Below are positions 44,759-55,840 of a stretch of DNA of 64,000 nucleotides, one piece after another. The notes under the pieces were generated by a model. It made no database searches. It was given only the letters and a program-made list of their open reading frames with translations, and was not told the origin of the DNA. Within the stretch, counting starts at the first letter, position 1. Every line of letters begins with the position of its first letter. The position numbers were made by a program, and so were the translations under genes. Source of the stretch: a virus; the IMG/VR virus record IMGVR_UViG_3300042893_001581, positions 43,969-107,968 of that record; one strand, given 5' to 3'.

Positions 44759-46488
44759 TTTATATCTTGTAAATTACCAGGAATAAATTTACCATCGGAT
44801 CCTAACTTAGCAACAACTTTAGGTTCGTGGAATTCTTCAGGATCGGTAAACACTTCTAATACTGCAGGACCTTCCAAAGAAAGAAATTGTTTTAAAATAT
44901 CTTTCATCAAACTATGATTTTCTATAGACATATATTTAAGATCATAAGCATTAATAAGCTTTTTAAAATTAGGGAATGAAACACCGCTATTCTTTTCTGA
45001 TGCTACAAACTTACCATTAAAGAAAGCTTTTTGTGATATCTTTATAGATGTATATCCATCATTATTAAATAGAATTATCTTTATTGGTAAATTATAATGT
45101 TTAACTGTTTGTAGTTCGTGTACATTTAAATGTAAACTTCCATCTCCTTCTATACAAACTACAGGTATTTTTGTTGATGCCGCACCAATTGCCGCAGGAA
45201 GACCATAACCCATAGGAGCATTTCCTGTATTTGTTATTAGTCTCTGATCTCCTTTCAGTTTTAATACTTGCATAGTCGCAACATTTGCTGTACCGTCACT
45301 GGTAACTACATGATCTGTCGGTTTTAGTAAAGGCCCTAAAGTTTCTACAAAATGATAGTGACTAACAAAGTCTTTCTTATCTCTATGCCTTTGTAAAACA
45401 GTGGGTGTTTCTTTATACTTGTTAGAACAATAGTTTAACCATTCTTTATCTATAATGTTTATATCTCTATCTATCATTTGTTCTAAAAAGAACTTAGCAT
45501 CTGAATGTACAGGAATATCTGGATAGAGTGTTGGTTTGTTTAATTCATTGATGTCTACATCTACATATATCTTACATGCATTCTCTGCAAACCCTTTAAA
45601 GTTATAACCTGTCTGTCTTACATACAATCTAGAACCTATAGATAAAACAAGGTCTGCTTCAGATATAAGATTGTTTGCACATATTTGTGCGTGAGTTCCA
45701 AACCTACCAGCGTATCCTTCATAATCGTCATTGATCAGATCATTTCCATTCACTGCAGATATGACAGGTATTTTTATTTTGCTAATAAACTTTTTAAGTT
45801 GATCTATACCACCTGAGAGTCTGATACCATTACCAACTATTAAGAGCGGTTTTTTAGACTTGCTTAATTCTTCTGCAACTCTATCTAATATATTATCAGC
45901 ACACTTAACTTGTTCTGTATCTTTTACTAAATCATTACCTACTAACTTATCTGGATTTATGATTGCTGATTGTACATTTAAAGGTATGTCTAACCATACA
46001 GGACCTGGTCTTTGTGAGGTTGCTAGTTTACATGCGGTATCTAAATGGTATTTTATATCTTCTGGATCGTTGACTTGTACAGCATACTTTGTCATATGCT
46101 TTACAGTTTCAATTATATTAAACTCTTGATCTCCTAATTGTCTTAGGTTATATAGATTATTGTAATTAGTAGTCATCTCCTTATTCACTTGGCCCGTAAT
46201 AACAATCATAGGAATAGAATCTACCCAAGCTCCTAATACTCCAGTAATTGCATTAGTTCCACCAGGACCACTAGTAACTATACAAGCTCCTAATTTATTA
46301 TGCATTCTAGAATATCCTTCTGCTGCAATAGCTGCGGCTTGTTCGTGATGCGTAGCTATATAATTAACTCCCCCTATATTAGTTAAAGAGTCTACTAAGA
46401 ATATACAACCACCACCTGAGACTGTGAATATTGTATCTACTTGATAGTTATCTTTAAGATATTTTATTACATAATCTGATAGACGCAT
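44746..46488 (-). CDS. ThDP-dependent acetolactate-synthase-like enzyme (YerE-like)
   Basis: HHEQAAAIAAEGY, VTSGPGGTNAITG, RPGPVWLDIP, MGYGLPAAIGA, EGDGSL...NNDGY. Confidence 0.85.
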   Translation of the reverse strand: MRLSDYVIKYLKDNYQVDTIFTVSGGGCIFLVDSLTNIGGVNYIATHHEQAAAIAAEGYSRMHNKLGACIVTSGPGGTNAITGVLGAWVDSIPMIVITGQVNKEMTTNYNNLYNLRQLGDQEFNIIETVKHMTKYAVQVNDPEDIKYHLDTACKLATSQRPGPVWLDIPLNVQSAIINPDKLVGNDLVKDTEQVKCADNILDRVAEELSKSKKPLLIVGNGIRLSGGIDQLKKFISKIKIPVISAVNGNDLINDDYEGYAGRFGTHAQICANNLISEADLVLSIGSRLYVRQTGYNFKGFAENACKIYVDVDINELNKPTLYPDIPVHSDAKFFLEQMIDRDINIIDKEWLNYCSNKYKETPTVLQRHRDKKDFVSHYHFVETLGPLLKPTDHVVTSDGTANVATMQVLKLKGDQRLITNTGNAPMGYGLPAAIGAASTKIPVVCIEGDGSLHLNVHELQTVKHYNLPIKIILFNNDGYTSIKISQKAFFNGKFVASEKNSGVSFPNFKKLINAYDLKYMSIENHSLMKDILKQFLSLEGPAVLEVFTDPEEFHEPKVVAKLGSDGKFIPGNLQDIKWIQ

Positions 46489-47482
46489 AAATATTTTTTA
46501 ATGCTAACTGTAATGTTTCTTCTAATTCTATAGGAACTATTTTAGGATCTTCATCTGTTAGTAGAGCCATATTTATAGTACCTGTATTTTTCTTATCGTG
46601 TTTTATAATAGAAATAAGATCATCAAAATTAAACCAATCTTCTTGTATTTTTTGATGTTTTATATATGGATAAATTAAATCAAATAATTCTAATTCTTTA
46701 TTTAAACTTAAGAGTCCTAAAAAATTAGATACTTTATTTGCTATTAATATACCGAATAGGACTGCTGTTCCATGAGGAATATTATAATTAGAAGTAGACT
46801 CTAAAGCATGACCAAATGTATGACCAAAGTTTAAAAACTTCCTTTCCTTTTTATCAAATTCATCTATTTGTATGATTGATGCCTTATATGAAAGTCCATC
46901 ATATATTAAATCAATTAGATTAGTATTGTTCTCTATATTCTGTGTAGTATTTTTTAAGATGTTGAACTTGATCAGTTCTCCCATTCCACTTAAACGATCT
47001 TCATTAGTAAGAGTATTAATAAACTCAGGACATACTAAAATAGAATTAGGAGGATAGAATGTTCCTAGTATGTTCTTTACTGATTCAAAATTTATAGAAG
47101 TCTTTCCTCCTATACAACTATCACATTGAGACAATAGAGTGGTTGGAACTAAATCATATAGTATTCCTCTACAATAGGTTGAACAAACAAATCCAACTAT
47201 ATCTTGAAGTATTCCTCCTCCTATAGCAATAATCTTACCATTAGACTTTACTTTTCTTTTTATTAATTCTCTGAATATAGTTGTAGATCCGTCTAATGTT
47301 TTATTCTGTTCTGTACAATCAAATAAAATAGAGTCAGATGGAAGATAGTTCTTATATAATTCATAAACTTTAGCATCTACAATTACAACTTGATCTTGTA
47401 TGTATAATTGTATATCAGAAACTTTATCATAAAACTTAACATCGTACTCTCCAAATCTAGATTTTATATTTAAGCTACGCAT
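46454..47482 (-). CDS. AroB/3-dehydroquinate-synthase-related sugar-phosphate cyclase
   Basis: IGGGILQD, RGI...PTTLLSQ.DS.IGGKT.IN, KNILG.F, LNFGHTFGHALE, HG.AV. Confidence 0.85.
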   Translation of the reverse strand: MRSLNIKSRFGEYDVKFYDKVSDIQLYIQDQVVIVDAKVYELYKNYLPSDSILFDCTEQNKTLDGSTTIFRELIKRKVKSNGKIIAIGGGILQDIVGFVCSTYCRGILYDLVPTTLLSQCDSCIGGKTSINFESVKNILGTFYPPNSILVCPEFINTLTNEDRLSGMGELIKFNILKNTTQNIENNTNLIDLIYDGLSYKASIIQIDEFDKKERKFLNFGHTFGHALESTSNYNIPHGTAVLFGILIANKVSNFLGLLSLNKELELFDLIYPYIKHQKIQEDWFNFDDLISIIKHDKKNTGTINMALLTDEDPKIVPIELEETLQLALKNIYASIRLCNKIS

Positions 47483-48102
47483 GAATAACCTCCATCAATT
47501 ATTATGTTTTGTCCTGTTATATATGAATTCTTTGTAGCTAAGAAGTAAATTAAATCAGCCACATCATTTACAGTCCCTAATTTATTCAAAGGTATATTTC
47601 TCTCTAATTCTTTTATCTGATCTTCTGTATTATTCTGTCTTGTAAGATCAGTTAGAATAAAACCAGGTGACACTGTATTTGCTAATATACCAAATTTTCC
47701 ATATTCCGATGTTATTGATCTTGCTAGTGATTCTAAAGCTGATTTACTTGCAGAGTAAGCGGCTCTTTTTTCTTTTGATATATTAGACCATATAGAACCT
47801 ATGTTTACTATACTACCAAAATTTTGGCTAACCATATATGGTAAACATTGTTGGATTATTTTTAAAGGAGAATAATAATTTACTTTCATAACTAATTCTT
47901 GATCCATGTCCTCAATAGTATTTAGAGGATTGATACCAGCATTATTTATGACAATATCAAAATCTGTTCTATTTAATTTAAAATCTTTAGAGAGATCAAT
48001 CTCGTTTCTATTAGGACCATATACATCATGACCATTAATATTAAATAAATCAACTATTTGTTTTCCTATTCCTTTTGATGAACCTGTTATTAATACCTTC
48101 AT
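47470..48102 (-). CDS. short-chain dehydrogenase/reductase
   Basis: TGSSKGIG, NNAGI, YSASK, NTVSPG, ITGQ.IIIDGG. Confidence 0.9.
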   Translation of the reverse strand: MKVLITGSSKGIGKQIVDLFNINGHDVYGPNRNEIDLSKDFKLNRTDFDIVINNAGINPLNTIEDMDQELVMKVNYYSPLKIIQQCLPYMVSQNFGSIVNIGSIWSNISKEKRAAYSASKSALESLARSITSEYGKFGILANTVSPGFILTDLTRQNNTEDQIKELERNIPLNKLGTVNDVADLIYFLATKNSYITGQNIIIDGGYSCVA

Positions 48103-48902
48103 TATTTAAAATCTATAGACTGATTAATTCTATCTTGAATCATTTTAATTCTATTAATATCATAATTAGCATTCATGGTATAGTATTCATGTTTTGCCAT
48201 TAACCATTCATATTCAAACATCTGTGCTTTTGATAATGCTCTTGATAGGTTTTTAAGTGTTATTGCTGGATCAAATATTGCATATCTAGTTTCAAATTTA
48301 TCTAATAATCTTTCTGAATTCAACTTTTTAAGAAAGTCTAATGACTCTGTAGACACGGCACCGCCTAAACAAGCTTTCAATCCTTTTTCTTTTACTTTCA
48401 TAAATACTGTTTTTGTCATTTCAAAAACCTCGTTACTATTTACATAAGATCTATCTTTTCCCATAGAAGAAACTAAATCAACTCTACCTACTGTAATAGC
48501 GTACAAGCTATCTGCCTCTTTCATAGATAGAATAGAATCTATATTTTCTACTGCTTGTTTTGTTTCTATATTAATAAAAAGTTGTAATGATGATATAATA
48601 TCTTGAGGAAGAGTTTTATTAATAGAATCTACAAACTTCTTTAATGCAAATCCTGATTCTACCATAGGTGCAACAACTCCTTTAACTCCTATAATCGATA
48701 AGTCTTTCATGTCTCTTATAGCTTCAGGACCGCCTATCTTAAGATTCAATTTTACTTTAGATTGATTACAAACTTCTTTTAATCTAATAGTCTCATTAAA
48801 GGTAGCACCTTCATCTTCAAAACTGGTTTTGATTCCTATTAAACCTTCATTCTCTACAAGATCTGTTAATATCTTGGAACATTTAAACTCTCTAGTATTC
48901 AT
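48102..48902 (-). CDS. HpcH/HpaI aldolase / citrate-lyase-beta family protein
   Basis: KIGGPEAIRD, VVAPMVES, INIET..AV.NID.IL, VGRVDL..SMG. Confidence 0.8.
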   Translation of the reverse strand: MNTREFKCSKILTDLVENEGLIGIKTSFEDEGATFNETIRLKEVCNQSKVKLNLKIGGPEAIRDMKDLSIIGVKGVVAPMVESGFALKKFVDSINKTLPQDIISSLQLFINIETKQAVENIDSILSMKEADSLYAITVGRVDLVSSMGKDRSYVNSNEVFEMTKTVFMKVKEKGLKACLGGAVSTESLDFLKKLNSERLLDKFETRYAIFDPAITLKNLSRALSKAQMFEYEWLMAKHEYYTMNANYDINRIKMIQDRINQSIDFK

Positions 48903-48906
48903 AAAC

Positions 48907-49686
48907 TTATTTTTTTTCTAAAACGGTTAAATAATTCAAATTATTCTTATCCAAATATAATTCTTTTATTGTAAAATTAGATTCTATTTCGTCTAGTAAA
49001 GTTTTATCTATATATTCAGTGGGAATTTTATTGGTTAAACTAAAAAATAGCATGTTTATTAATATATTAGAGTTATCGTATCCCCAGTATCCTTTACTTG
49101 TTTTTGGATTTTGTATATCTTCCATAAAATAAATTCCGCCTGATTTTAATAACTTTATAGATCTATATAGCGTATACATCATATGATGTGGATAGTGACT
49201 TCCGTCTTCAATTATAAAATCAAGAGAGTTACTAGGAATGGTTTTTTCTATTTCATCCCAGTCATTACTACTATTCTGATCTGCATATATAAAATTAACT
49301 CCTACGCTATTTATATACTCTATTTCTTTAGATCTATTCTCTAACTTATCTCCCCAAAAATTATCAACAGCATACAAATCTGCATTTTTAAAATAAGATG
49401 CCCACATTTTTGGAGATGCAAAAGGACATCTATGATCGCAAACTCCAACTTCCAATAAACTTACTTCTTCATTCCTATATTTTTGCATATAGCGTTCATA
49501 GACCGTGGTATATCCCCAGGTATCTAAATACTTAAATTCGTTTTCTGATTGTGCGGACCAATTGCCCCATGACAATTGCATTTTATCTGCTGTACCTTTA
49601 TCAGTTTCAAATTCATTCGCTAATTCAGAAAGATTTTTATCTGGATTAAATAGGTCTGTTTTTTTGTTTTTTTGAAAAAAAATCAT
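48907..49686 (-). CDS. SAM-dependent sugar O-methyltransferase (MycE-like)
   Basis: TDKG, LLEVGV, MWASYF, DQ, DFIIEDGSH, LKSGGIYFMEDI. Confidence 0.75.
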   Translation of the reverse strand: MIFFQKNKKTDLFNPDKNLSELANEFETDKGTADKMQLSWGNWSAQSENEFKYLDTWGYTTVYERYMQKYRNEEVSLLEVGVCDHRCPFASPKMWASYFKNADLYAVDNFWGDKLENRSKEIEYINSVGVNFIYADQNSSNDWDEIEKTIPSNSLDFIIEDGSHYPHHMMYTLYRSIKLLKSGGIYFMEDIQNPKTSKGYWGYDNSNILINMLFFSLTNKIPTEYIDKTLLDEIESNFTIKELYLDKNNLNYLTVLEKK

Positions 49687-49692
49687 ATGTAT

Positions 49693-50352
49693 TTATTTTT
49701 TATGTATAATTGCTGTTCTATATGCATTTTGAATATCTTGATGTATTTCTATTTTACTTATATTTTTATTTAGATAATCAAGTTCTTCAGGAAATATAAA
49801 CTCACAAGATACTGTATCTTTATTTTGAAGAGCTTTAATTATCTTTATAGTTTCATCATTTCTTTGGCAGCAAGCATGAACTCCTTCTTCAGTAATATCT
49901 TCTAATATATAATAACCTCCTGATTTAACATACTTAAATAAGTAGGCTAAGGATATCATTTGGTGATTATGTATATGTGAACCGTCTTCTAATATAAAGT
50001 CAAATTGTTTTGATCCAAATTCTTTATACATAGTTTCAAGATCTGGTCTACTGCTTTGATCTCCTTTATAGAATTTTACTCTGTCTCCTAACTCTCCTTC
50101 TAAATGTTTCATATCTACAATATCAAATGTATATATAGAAGCATTTTGAAAGTACTCATGCCACATTCTTACTGATTGTCCTCCTTTTGTATATTCCATG
50201 CAAATTCCAACTTCTAAAAGTCTAATAGGTTTGTCTCTCCATTTAGATAGATAATTTTCATATATTGGAGCATATCCATGAACCGTGTTATGTTCATATC
50301 TAGTTCCCTTATCTGTATTGTGTTTATTAGCTAGTTCATCTAAAGTTACCAT
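49693..50352 (-). CDS. SAM-dependent sugar O-methyltransferase (MycE-like)
   Basis: TDKG, HGY...YE, LLEVGI, S.RMW.EYF, GDQ, FDFILEDGSH, VKSGGYYILED. Confidence 0.8.
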   Translation of the reverse strand: MVTLDELANKHNTDKGTRYEHNTVHGYAPIYENYLSKWRDKPIRLLEVGICMEYTKGGQSVRMWHEYFQNASIYTFDIVDMKHLEGELGDRVKFYKGDQSSRPDLETMYKEFGSKQFDFILEDGSHIHNHQMISLAYLFKYVKSGGYYILEDITEEGVHACCQRNDETIKIIKALQNKDTVSCEFIFPEELDYLNKNISKIEIHQDIQNAYRTAIIHKK

Positions 50353-51299
50353 ATAAATTTATTTCTATAATAATTAATTATTTTTAAAATTTGTTCATCA
50401 AACTTCATAGTAGGTTTCCAACCTAGACTTTTTAATTTAGAATCATTTAATGCGTATCTAATATCCTGTCCTATTCTAGAATACGATAGGTCTAAATATT
50501 TTTCTATATCAGCATCTTTATTATAATTATAGATAATTTTTTTAACTGTTTCATAATTAGATTGTTCAAATCCTCCAGCTATATTATAAATTTCATTCTG
50601 TACACCCGACTCTATGATTGTAATAATTGCATTTGCTGTGTCTTGTGCATGAAGCCAATTTCTTATTGGAGTTCCATTGTTATGCAAAGATATCTTTTTT
50701 CCTAAATGCAACATCTTACAAGATTTTGGAATCAACTTCTCTACATACTGTCCTATTCCATAATTATTGGTTGGTCTTACTATTATATATGGAAGATTGT
50801 ATGTTCTAGCCCAAGCTAATACTAACATATCTCCAGCAGCTTTAGTTGCTGAATATGGATTAGACGGTTTTAATAAATCCTCCTCTGTATGTGCACCTTC
50901 ATCTATATCTCCATAAACTTCGTCTGTTGAAAAGTGGAGTAAGATTGGTTTTCTATTAGATTCTAATCTATAATTCTTTATTAGTTCTAATATATTATGA
51001 ACGCCATCTATATTTGAATGTATAAACTCATCGCTACTTACTATAGAATTCCCAACATGGGTTTCTGCTGCAGTGTTTATGACATAATCACATTCATAAA
51101 GAAACTTCATGTCGTTAATATCTATTTTCTCAAAAGAAAATCTATCTGGATACTTTTTTGTGAATTCAAATAGGAGATCTTCATTGGATGCATAAGTACA
51201 CTTATCAATACCTCTTACATACCAACCTTTTTCTAAACACGCTCTAGTTACATAAGACCCTATAAAACCAAAGCAACCTGTTACATATACTACTTTCAT
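50346..51299 (-). CDS. rmlB: dTDP-glucose 4,6-dehydratase
   Basis: GCFGFIGS, DKCTYA, AAETHV, STDEVYG, PSNPYSATKA, NNYG..Q..EKLIP, RNWLH, RYALN. Confidence 0.85.
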   Translation of the reverse strand: MKVVYVTGCFGFIGSYVTRACLEKGWYVRGIDKCTYASNEDLLFEFTKKYPDRFSFEKIDINDMKFLYECDYVINTAAETHVGNSIVSSDEFIHSNIDGVHNILELIKNYRLESNRKPILLHFSTDEVYGDIDEGAHTEEDLLKPSNPYSATKAAGDMLVLAWARTYNLPYIIVRPTNNYGIGQYVEKLIPKSCKMLHLGKKISLHNNGTPIRNWLHAQDTANAIITIIESGVQNEIYNIAGGFEQSNYETVKKIIYNYNKDADIEKYLDLSYSRIGQDIRYALNDSKLKSLGWKPTMKFDEQILKIINYYRNKFIW

Positions 51300-51301
51300 C
51301 T

Positions 51302-52147
51302 TTATTTTTTATAATGTTTAACTAATTTTTTAATAATTTCCTCAACAGGATATTTTATTTCAAAACCATAAGATTTTAATTTAGTAATATCTAAATATGA
51401 ATCTTTTACTTGTACTACATCATGAAAATGTGGTGGTTGTATAATATTAATTTTAGAATTAGAATTAGATAGATCTTGTGCTAAATAAATAAGATCTCTC
51501 AATAAAGTTCTTTTCCCACTACCTATGTTAATAATTTCATTAACAGGAGCTTTATTAATACAATGCATTATAGCATCACATACATCATCAACGTATATAT
51601 AATCTCTAACAGCATTTCCTCCATCATATAAAAATATTTCTTCATTTTCACATAAGCATTTAACCATATGTTGTAAAGCATTTTTCTTTCTGGATATCTT
51701 ACCATCGCCTTCACCTAATACATTTGCTAATCTAAATATTCTATACTTAATTCCAAAAGTTTCACAAAAACTAATTAACATTTGCTCCGCAGCTCTTTTA
51801 GTTATAGAATAAAATCCAGTAGGATTACATACAGAATATTTTTCATTGAAAGGAAGAATATCATTTTTACCATATACAAACCATGAACTTACAAAATTAA
51901 ATACTAAATCTTTATCATCTCTATTTATTCTTTCTAGTACGGACATTAATACATTTAAATTTGTATTAATATCTAAATGGAGATCTTTATGAATGTTATA
52001 ATTATCGACCGTACTTATAAAATATAAAATCTGATTCGTTTTTGGTGTATAGTTTTCTCTCTCTTGAATAATACAGAGGTCATCATACATTTGACTAAAT
52101 CTATTTCCTATAAATCCAGATCCTCCAAATACATTAATCTTGTTCAT
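51302..52147 (-). CDS. NAD-dependent epimerase/dehydratase
   Basis: GGSGFIG, SSWFVYG, YSITK, RLANVLG, RDYIYVDD. Confidence 0.85.
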   Translation of the reverse strand: MNKINVFGGSGFIGNRFSQMYDDLCIIQERENYTPKTNQILYFISTVDNYNIHKDLHLDINTNLNVLMSVLERINRDDKDLVFNFVSSWFVYGKNDILPFNEKYSVCNPTGFYSITKRAAEQMLISFCETFGIKYRIFRLANVLGEGDGKISRKKNALQHMVKCLCENEEIFLYDGGNAVRDYIYVDDVCDAIMHCINKAPVNEIINIGSGKRTLLRDLIYLAQDLSNSNSKINIIQPPHFHDVVQVKDSYLDITKLKSYGFEIKYPVEEIIKKLVKHYKK

Positions 52148-52925
52148 CTAGTATAACTTTTTCAAATTTAGCTACATTGTGTTTATTTCTTTTTACAAAC
52201 ATCTCATAAGGATATTGTTGAAAATCGTCTAGTACTTTTTTAATCGGTACTGGAGACATTCCATAAATACCTAACGGATCTTGTTTATATTTTAAACCTG
52301 CGAATTCTCTATTGAATCTTGGTTTATTATCTATATGAGTTTCTATATTTTCATTTCTCAATTCATAAGATGCTTTATTATAAAGCCCTTGTATTTGTAT
52401 GTCTGGCATTCTACTACCATATATTTCAATATGCCTATGAACTATATCTCCATCTTCCTCACCAAATCCTATAAGTCTTTCATCAAAATATCCTAATGTA
52501 TGCAATCTAGTTTTACTTAATACAAAATGAGAAAATTGATTATTAATAGTAAAAAACTCTGATTGGGTTTTATTAATATACTCTAAAATGATATCTAATG
52601 AATTAGGATTTTCATATACTACATCATCACAAATATAAAATATGTATTCTGTTTTACTAAATATAGCTATTGTATTCCATAGTTTACATAAGCTTTTAAA
52701 TTCAGGACATATAATAGGATACACAGACTCATATTTAGCTGATAGATCTAGCATTGATTTTCTATATTCTTCAGACATTAACTCTTCATTATTTCCATTT
52801 ACTGCTAAGATAATATCTACTGATGGATCTATATGGGATCTTATTTGTGAAATTAAAGATTTTACAAGTTCCTCTCTCTGCTTAAATGTCACTATTCCTA
52901 TAGATATATCTTTTTTATTCATCAA
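52134..52925 (-). CDS. GT2-like glycosyltransferase
   Basis: ISIGIVTF, LWN, YICDDV, GYFDERL.GFGEEDGD. Confidence 0.75.
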   Translation of the reverse strand: MMNKKDISIGIVTFKQREELVKSLISQIRSHIDPSVDIILAVNGNNEELMSEEYRKSMLDLSAKYESVYPIICPEFKSLCKLWNTIAIFSKTEYIFYICDDVVYENPNSLDIILEYINKTQSEFFTINNQFSHFVLSKTRLHTLGYFDERLIGFGEEDGDIVHRHIEIYGSRMPDIQIQGLYNKASYELRNENIETHIDNKPRFNREFAGLKYKQDPLGIYGMSPVPIKKVLDDFQQYPYEMFVKRNKHNVAKFEKVILDEQD

Positions 52926-53565
52926 ATTTATTTTTATATTTAAAAAAATATGGTGAGTTTAAATATTCTTTATTTATGTTTATGTCATCATCATATAATA
53001 ATAGCCAAGTTCTTTCCATAAAGTACGCTATAAAAGTATTTCCTTCCCAATCAAGGTATTCAAATAAATCCATCCAAAATTTTTTTGGTTTAGATTGTAT
53101 ATTTTTTTTACACACACAATATTGAGCTCCAGATGGGAAATTTATACCATTAAATTTATAATCTAACATACCCTCAACAAAAATATCCGTGCCTTCTTTT
53201 GGAGGAATATAAATATAATGATCAGTTAAAGGTTTATATCCTATATAAGTTCCTAATTTAGGTAAAGAAGTTTTTTCATATGATTTATTATTTATAAATT
53301 CTAACATATTTTTATAGTGATCAAAAGGATTTCCTTGAGAAAATATAGTGTACTCACTTAATTGATCATAAAATTCAGATATATAATAACAAAAAGAATT
53401 ATCACAAACTCCTACATTTTTTATAGTTATACATTTAGCTTTATGATGACTTTCATGAATTCCTTTATTTATAATTACTATATCAATATCTTTGTTGGTT
53501 ATATTATCTAACCACGAAAGATCTTCTTTATAAGCTGCTATAACTAAAGTTGCCTTATTATTCAT
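52915..53565 (-). CDS. DUF3431-like (GT-A-related) protein
   Basis: LVIAAYKEDLSWL, NVG, Y...YD.L..YTIFSQGNPFDH, GAQY.V, MERTW. Confidence 0.7.
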   Translation of the reverse strand: MNNKATLVIAAYKEDLSWLDNITNKDIDIVIINKGIHESHHKAKCITIKNVGVCDNSFCYYISEFYDQLSEYTIFSQGNPFDHYKNMLEFINNKSYEKTSLPKLGTYIGYKPLTDHYIYIPPKEGTDIFVEGMLDYKFNGINFPSGAQYCVCKKNIQSKPKKFWMDLFEYLDWEGNTFIAYFMERTWLLLYDDDININKEYLNSPYFFKYKNKFDE

Positions 53566-53594
53566 CTAGCACTACTTTTTTAAATTTAGATATA

Positions 53595-54284
53595 TTATTT
53601 ATTAAATCCAGTTTTATCTTTATGAAATCCCTGATTTATATCTGAGAACAGGTTTCTATTTTGTGCACATATACCAGGAAAAATTTTATAAATGTTATGT
53701 CCTAATTCAAATAATCTATGAATGGTTCCATCTCCCCAATACTGTGCTCCATCTAAAATATATAACCAATCTAAATAAACTTTTTTATTCACTGCAATAC
53801 CATGGGATCCTGCACAGTCTCTCCAATCAGAAACTTTTTTATAAGTATAATCTTTACTACTACTAATTACAGGTTCTACATTTCCAAATATTATAACATC
53901 CCAATTATCAGGAAGATTATCTTTTATACTATTAAAATTATTTTCATTTTCAAAATTTAAAAAATAGCAATCATCATCAAAAATCATAAAACTATTAGAA
54001 TTATAATAATTTATTTCATTTAATAATATTACAAAAGTTGATATTTGATTACCTACAAAACCAGCTGATGATGGATATCCTATATTAAATGTGCCGTGAT
54101 TTATAATCAGGCTTTGATTTGTGAACTTTTTTCCATCATATGCAGGAAATATATCATAGTTCATTTTTATTTGATCAAAACTATTCTTTACAAAAGAAAG
54201 TCGTTCATTTGATCCAGGAACATTTTTTATGCGGGCATTTCCAAATACATCATTTAAAGTTCCACCTAAAGTTTTTATGTTCAT
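53595..54284 (-). CDS. GT25-like glycosyltransferase
   Basis: ERL, F.AYDG, FMIFDDD, LPDNWDVI.FG, GSHG. Confidence 0.65.
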   Translation of the reverse strand: MNIKTLGGTLNDVFGNARIKNVPGSNERLSFVKNSFDQIKMNYDIFPAYDGKKFTNQSLIINHGTFNIGYPSSAGFVGNQISTFVILLNEINYYNSNSFMIFDDDCYFLNFENENNFNSIKDNLPDNWDVIIFGNVEPVISSSKDYTYKKVSDWRDCAGSHGIAVNKKVYLDWLYILDGAQYWGDGTIHRLFELGHNIYKIFPGICAQNRNLFSDINQGFHKDKTGFNK

Positions 54285-54286
54285 TT

Positions 54287-55840
54287 TTAAAAATATTTTT
54301 GAAACAACCTTTGTTTTTCTTCTTGAACTTTATCTTCCTGTTTTTTACTTACCGTATTTTGATGATCTAAATAAATGCACAATACTTCTGGTAATAACTT
54401 AAACTTTGCTTCTGCTTTTGCAAATCTAATCCACATCTCCCAATCTCCTATAGTATTAAAATTTTTAAAATCAAAATATCCTACTTTATTATGTAAAGCT
54501 TTTTTCCACATTGGATCTGGTCCTGCCATGCAAGCCGATAAAACTTTATCATGATAATCATCAGGATATTGAATATATCCTTTTTCTAACCAATTATCAC
54601 TATAAAAGTTTATAGTATCATCATTTACTGCTGTATAATAATTGTATACTAAATCTATATTATTTCTACTTAATAGATCATATTTTATTTTTGTATTAAT
54701 TGGATGTCTTATATCATCTACATTCCAATTAGTAACATATTCTGTTGTTGAATTTTGTATACCTATATTCCAAGCATTGTAGACTCCTAAACTTTTATCT
54801 TCTTTTATAAGAATAAAATTGTCATATTTTTTAAACTGTTCAAAAAAAGGATGCCATTCTGAATAAACTATTATATGTTCTGTTTGTAGAAACATATGCT
54901 GATCTAAGACGCTTTCTAAGTATCTAGAAAAATACTTTGAGTAAATTTCATTATTGCCTATAGCTGTTATAACAGATATCTTATAGGGATTTTTAAATTC
55001 TTCTTCTTTTATATCTACAATATTTAAATTCCAATCTCCTAAATTTGGAATATTATATTTTTTAGTATTCTCTTTTATGTAAGACAATCTATAATTTTTA
55101 TGAGTAGATGTCTTTTCAAATATAAAAGGATTTATTTTAAGTGTATTATATGTATACTCTTCTTCCCAATTAAAATTATTTACAGATTGATCATATGCTT
55201 CATTACCAACAGTTTTTACATTATAAACTTTATTGTTTACGTAATCAAATACTTTCCAATAATACTGTTTTATTGCTGCATATAGTTTATCAACCCACGC
55301 TAAATGAACTATGTACAAATGATCAGGATTTAAGGTCTTGATATTGATCTGTGGTAAATGATGGGAATGGGATTGTGCGTATTCAAAATTGTATTGCTTT
55401 CTATAAATGCCAATTCTATCTTTAAAATTATTTTTCCAAGGGCCATCTACTCTTATTGTATTAACAGAAGTATACTGCTTCCATTGAAGATACATAGTAG
55501 AATCATCAGATTCATTTAAAATATTTTCTAAGTCTTGTTTAGATATATTTCCATCTAAATATTCATCACCATCTAAACAGATTATTTTGTCTGAATACTT
55601 GAGTCCTTCATTAAAAAGTCTTTGTCTTATATCTGTTTCTACTTTTAATTTTTCTGAATTTTGATTTTCTATTATACTTAAAATATTGTATTTGTCCTTT
55701 ACAGAAAGTAAATATTCTTTAGTCTCATCTGTATTTGAATCAAGACAAAAAACAAATCCATCTGCATATTTAGTCCAAACAGGCAGCAACTCTTTTATTA
55801 AAGGCAGTTCATTTCTTACTAATGATACTTGAACTATCAT
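54287..55840 (-). CDS. two-domain GT2-like glycosyltransferase
   Basis: N-domain VRNE...CLDGDE; C-domain ISVITA...GVYNAWNIGI...NWNVDD...GDWEMWIR. Confidence 0.8.
   Translation of the reverse strand: MIVQVSLVRNELPLIKELLPVWTKYADGFVFCLDSNTDETKEYLLSVKDKYNILSIIENQNSEKLKVETDIRQRLFNEGLKYSDKIICLDGDEYLDGNISKQDLENILNESDDSTMYLQWKQYTSVNTIRVDGPWKNNFKDRIGIYRKQYNFEYAQSHSHHLPQINIKTLNPDHLYIVHLAWVDKLYAAIKQYYWKVFDYVNNKVYNVKTVGNEAYDQSVNNFNWEEEYTYNTLKINPFIFEKTSTHKNYRLSYIKENTKKYNIPNLGDWNLNIVDIKEEEFKNPYKISVITAIGNNEIYSKYFSRYLESVLDQHMFLQTEHIIVYSEWHPFFEQFKKYDNFILIKEDKSLGVYNAWNIGIQNSTTEYVTNWNVDDIRHPINTKIKYDLLSRNNIDLVYNYYTAVNDDTINFYSDNWLEKGYIQYPDDYHDKVLSACMAGPDPMWKKALHNKVGYFDFKNFNTIGDWEMWIRFAKAEAKFKLLPEVLCIYLDHQNTVSKKQEDKVQEEKQRLFQKYF

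Noticed and set aside
44746-47482. ilvB and aroB as auxiliary amino-acid biosynthesis genes
   Set aside because: Both are embedded in an NDP-sugar cluster with no ilvN/ilvC or other aro genes, so sugar-tailoring paralogues are more plausible.
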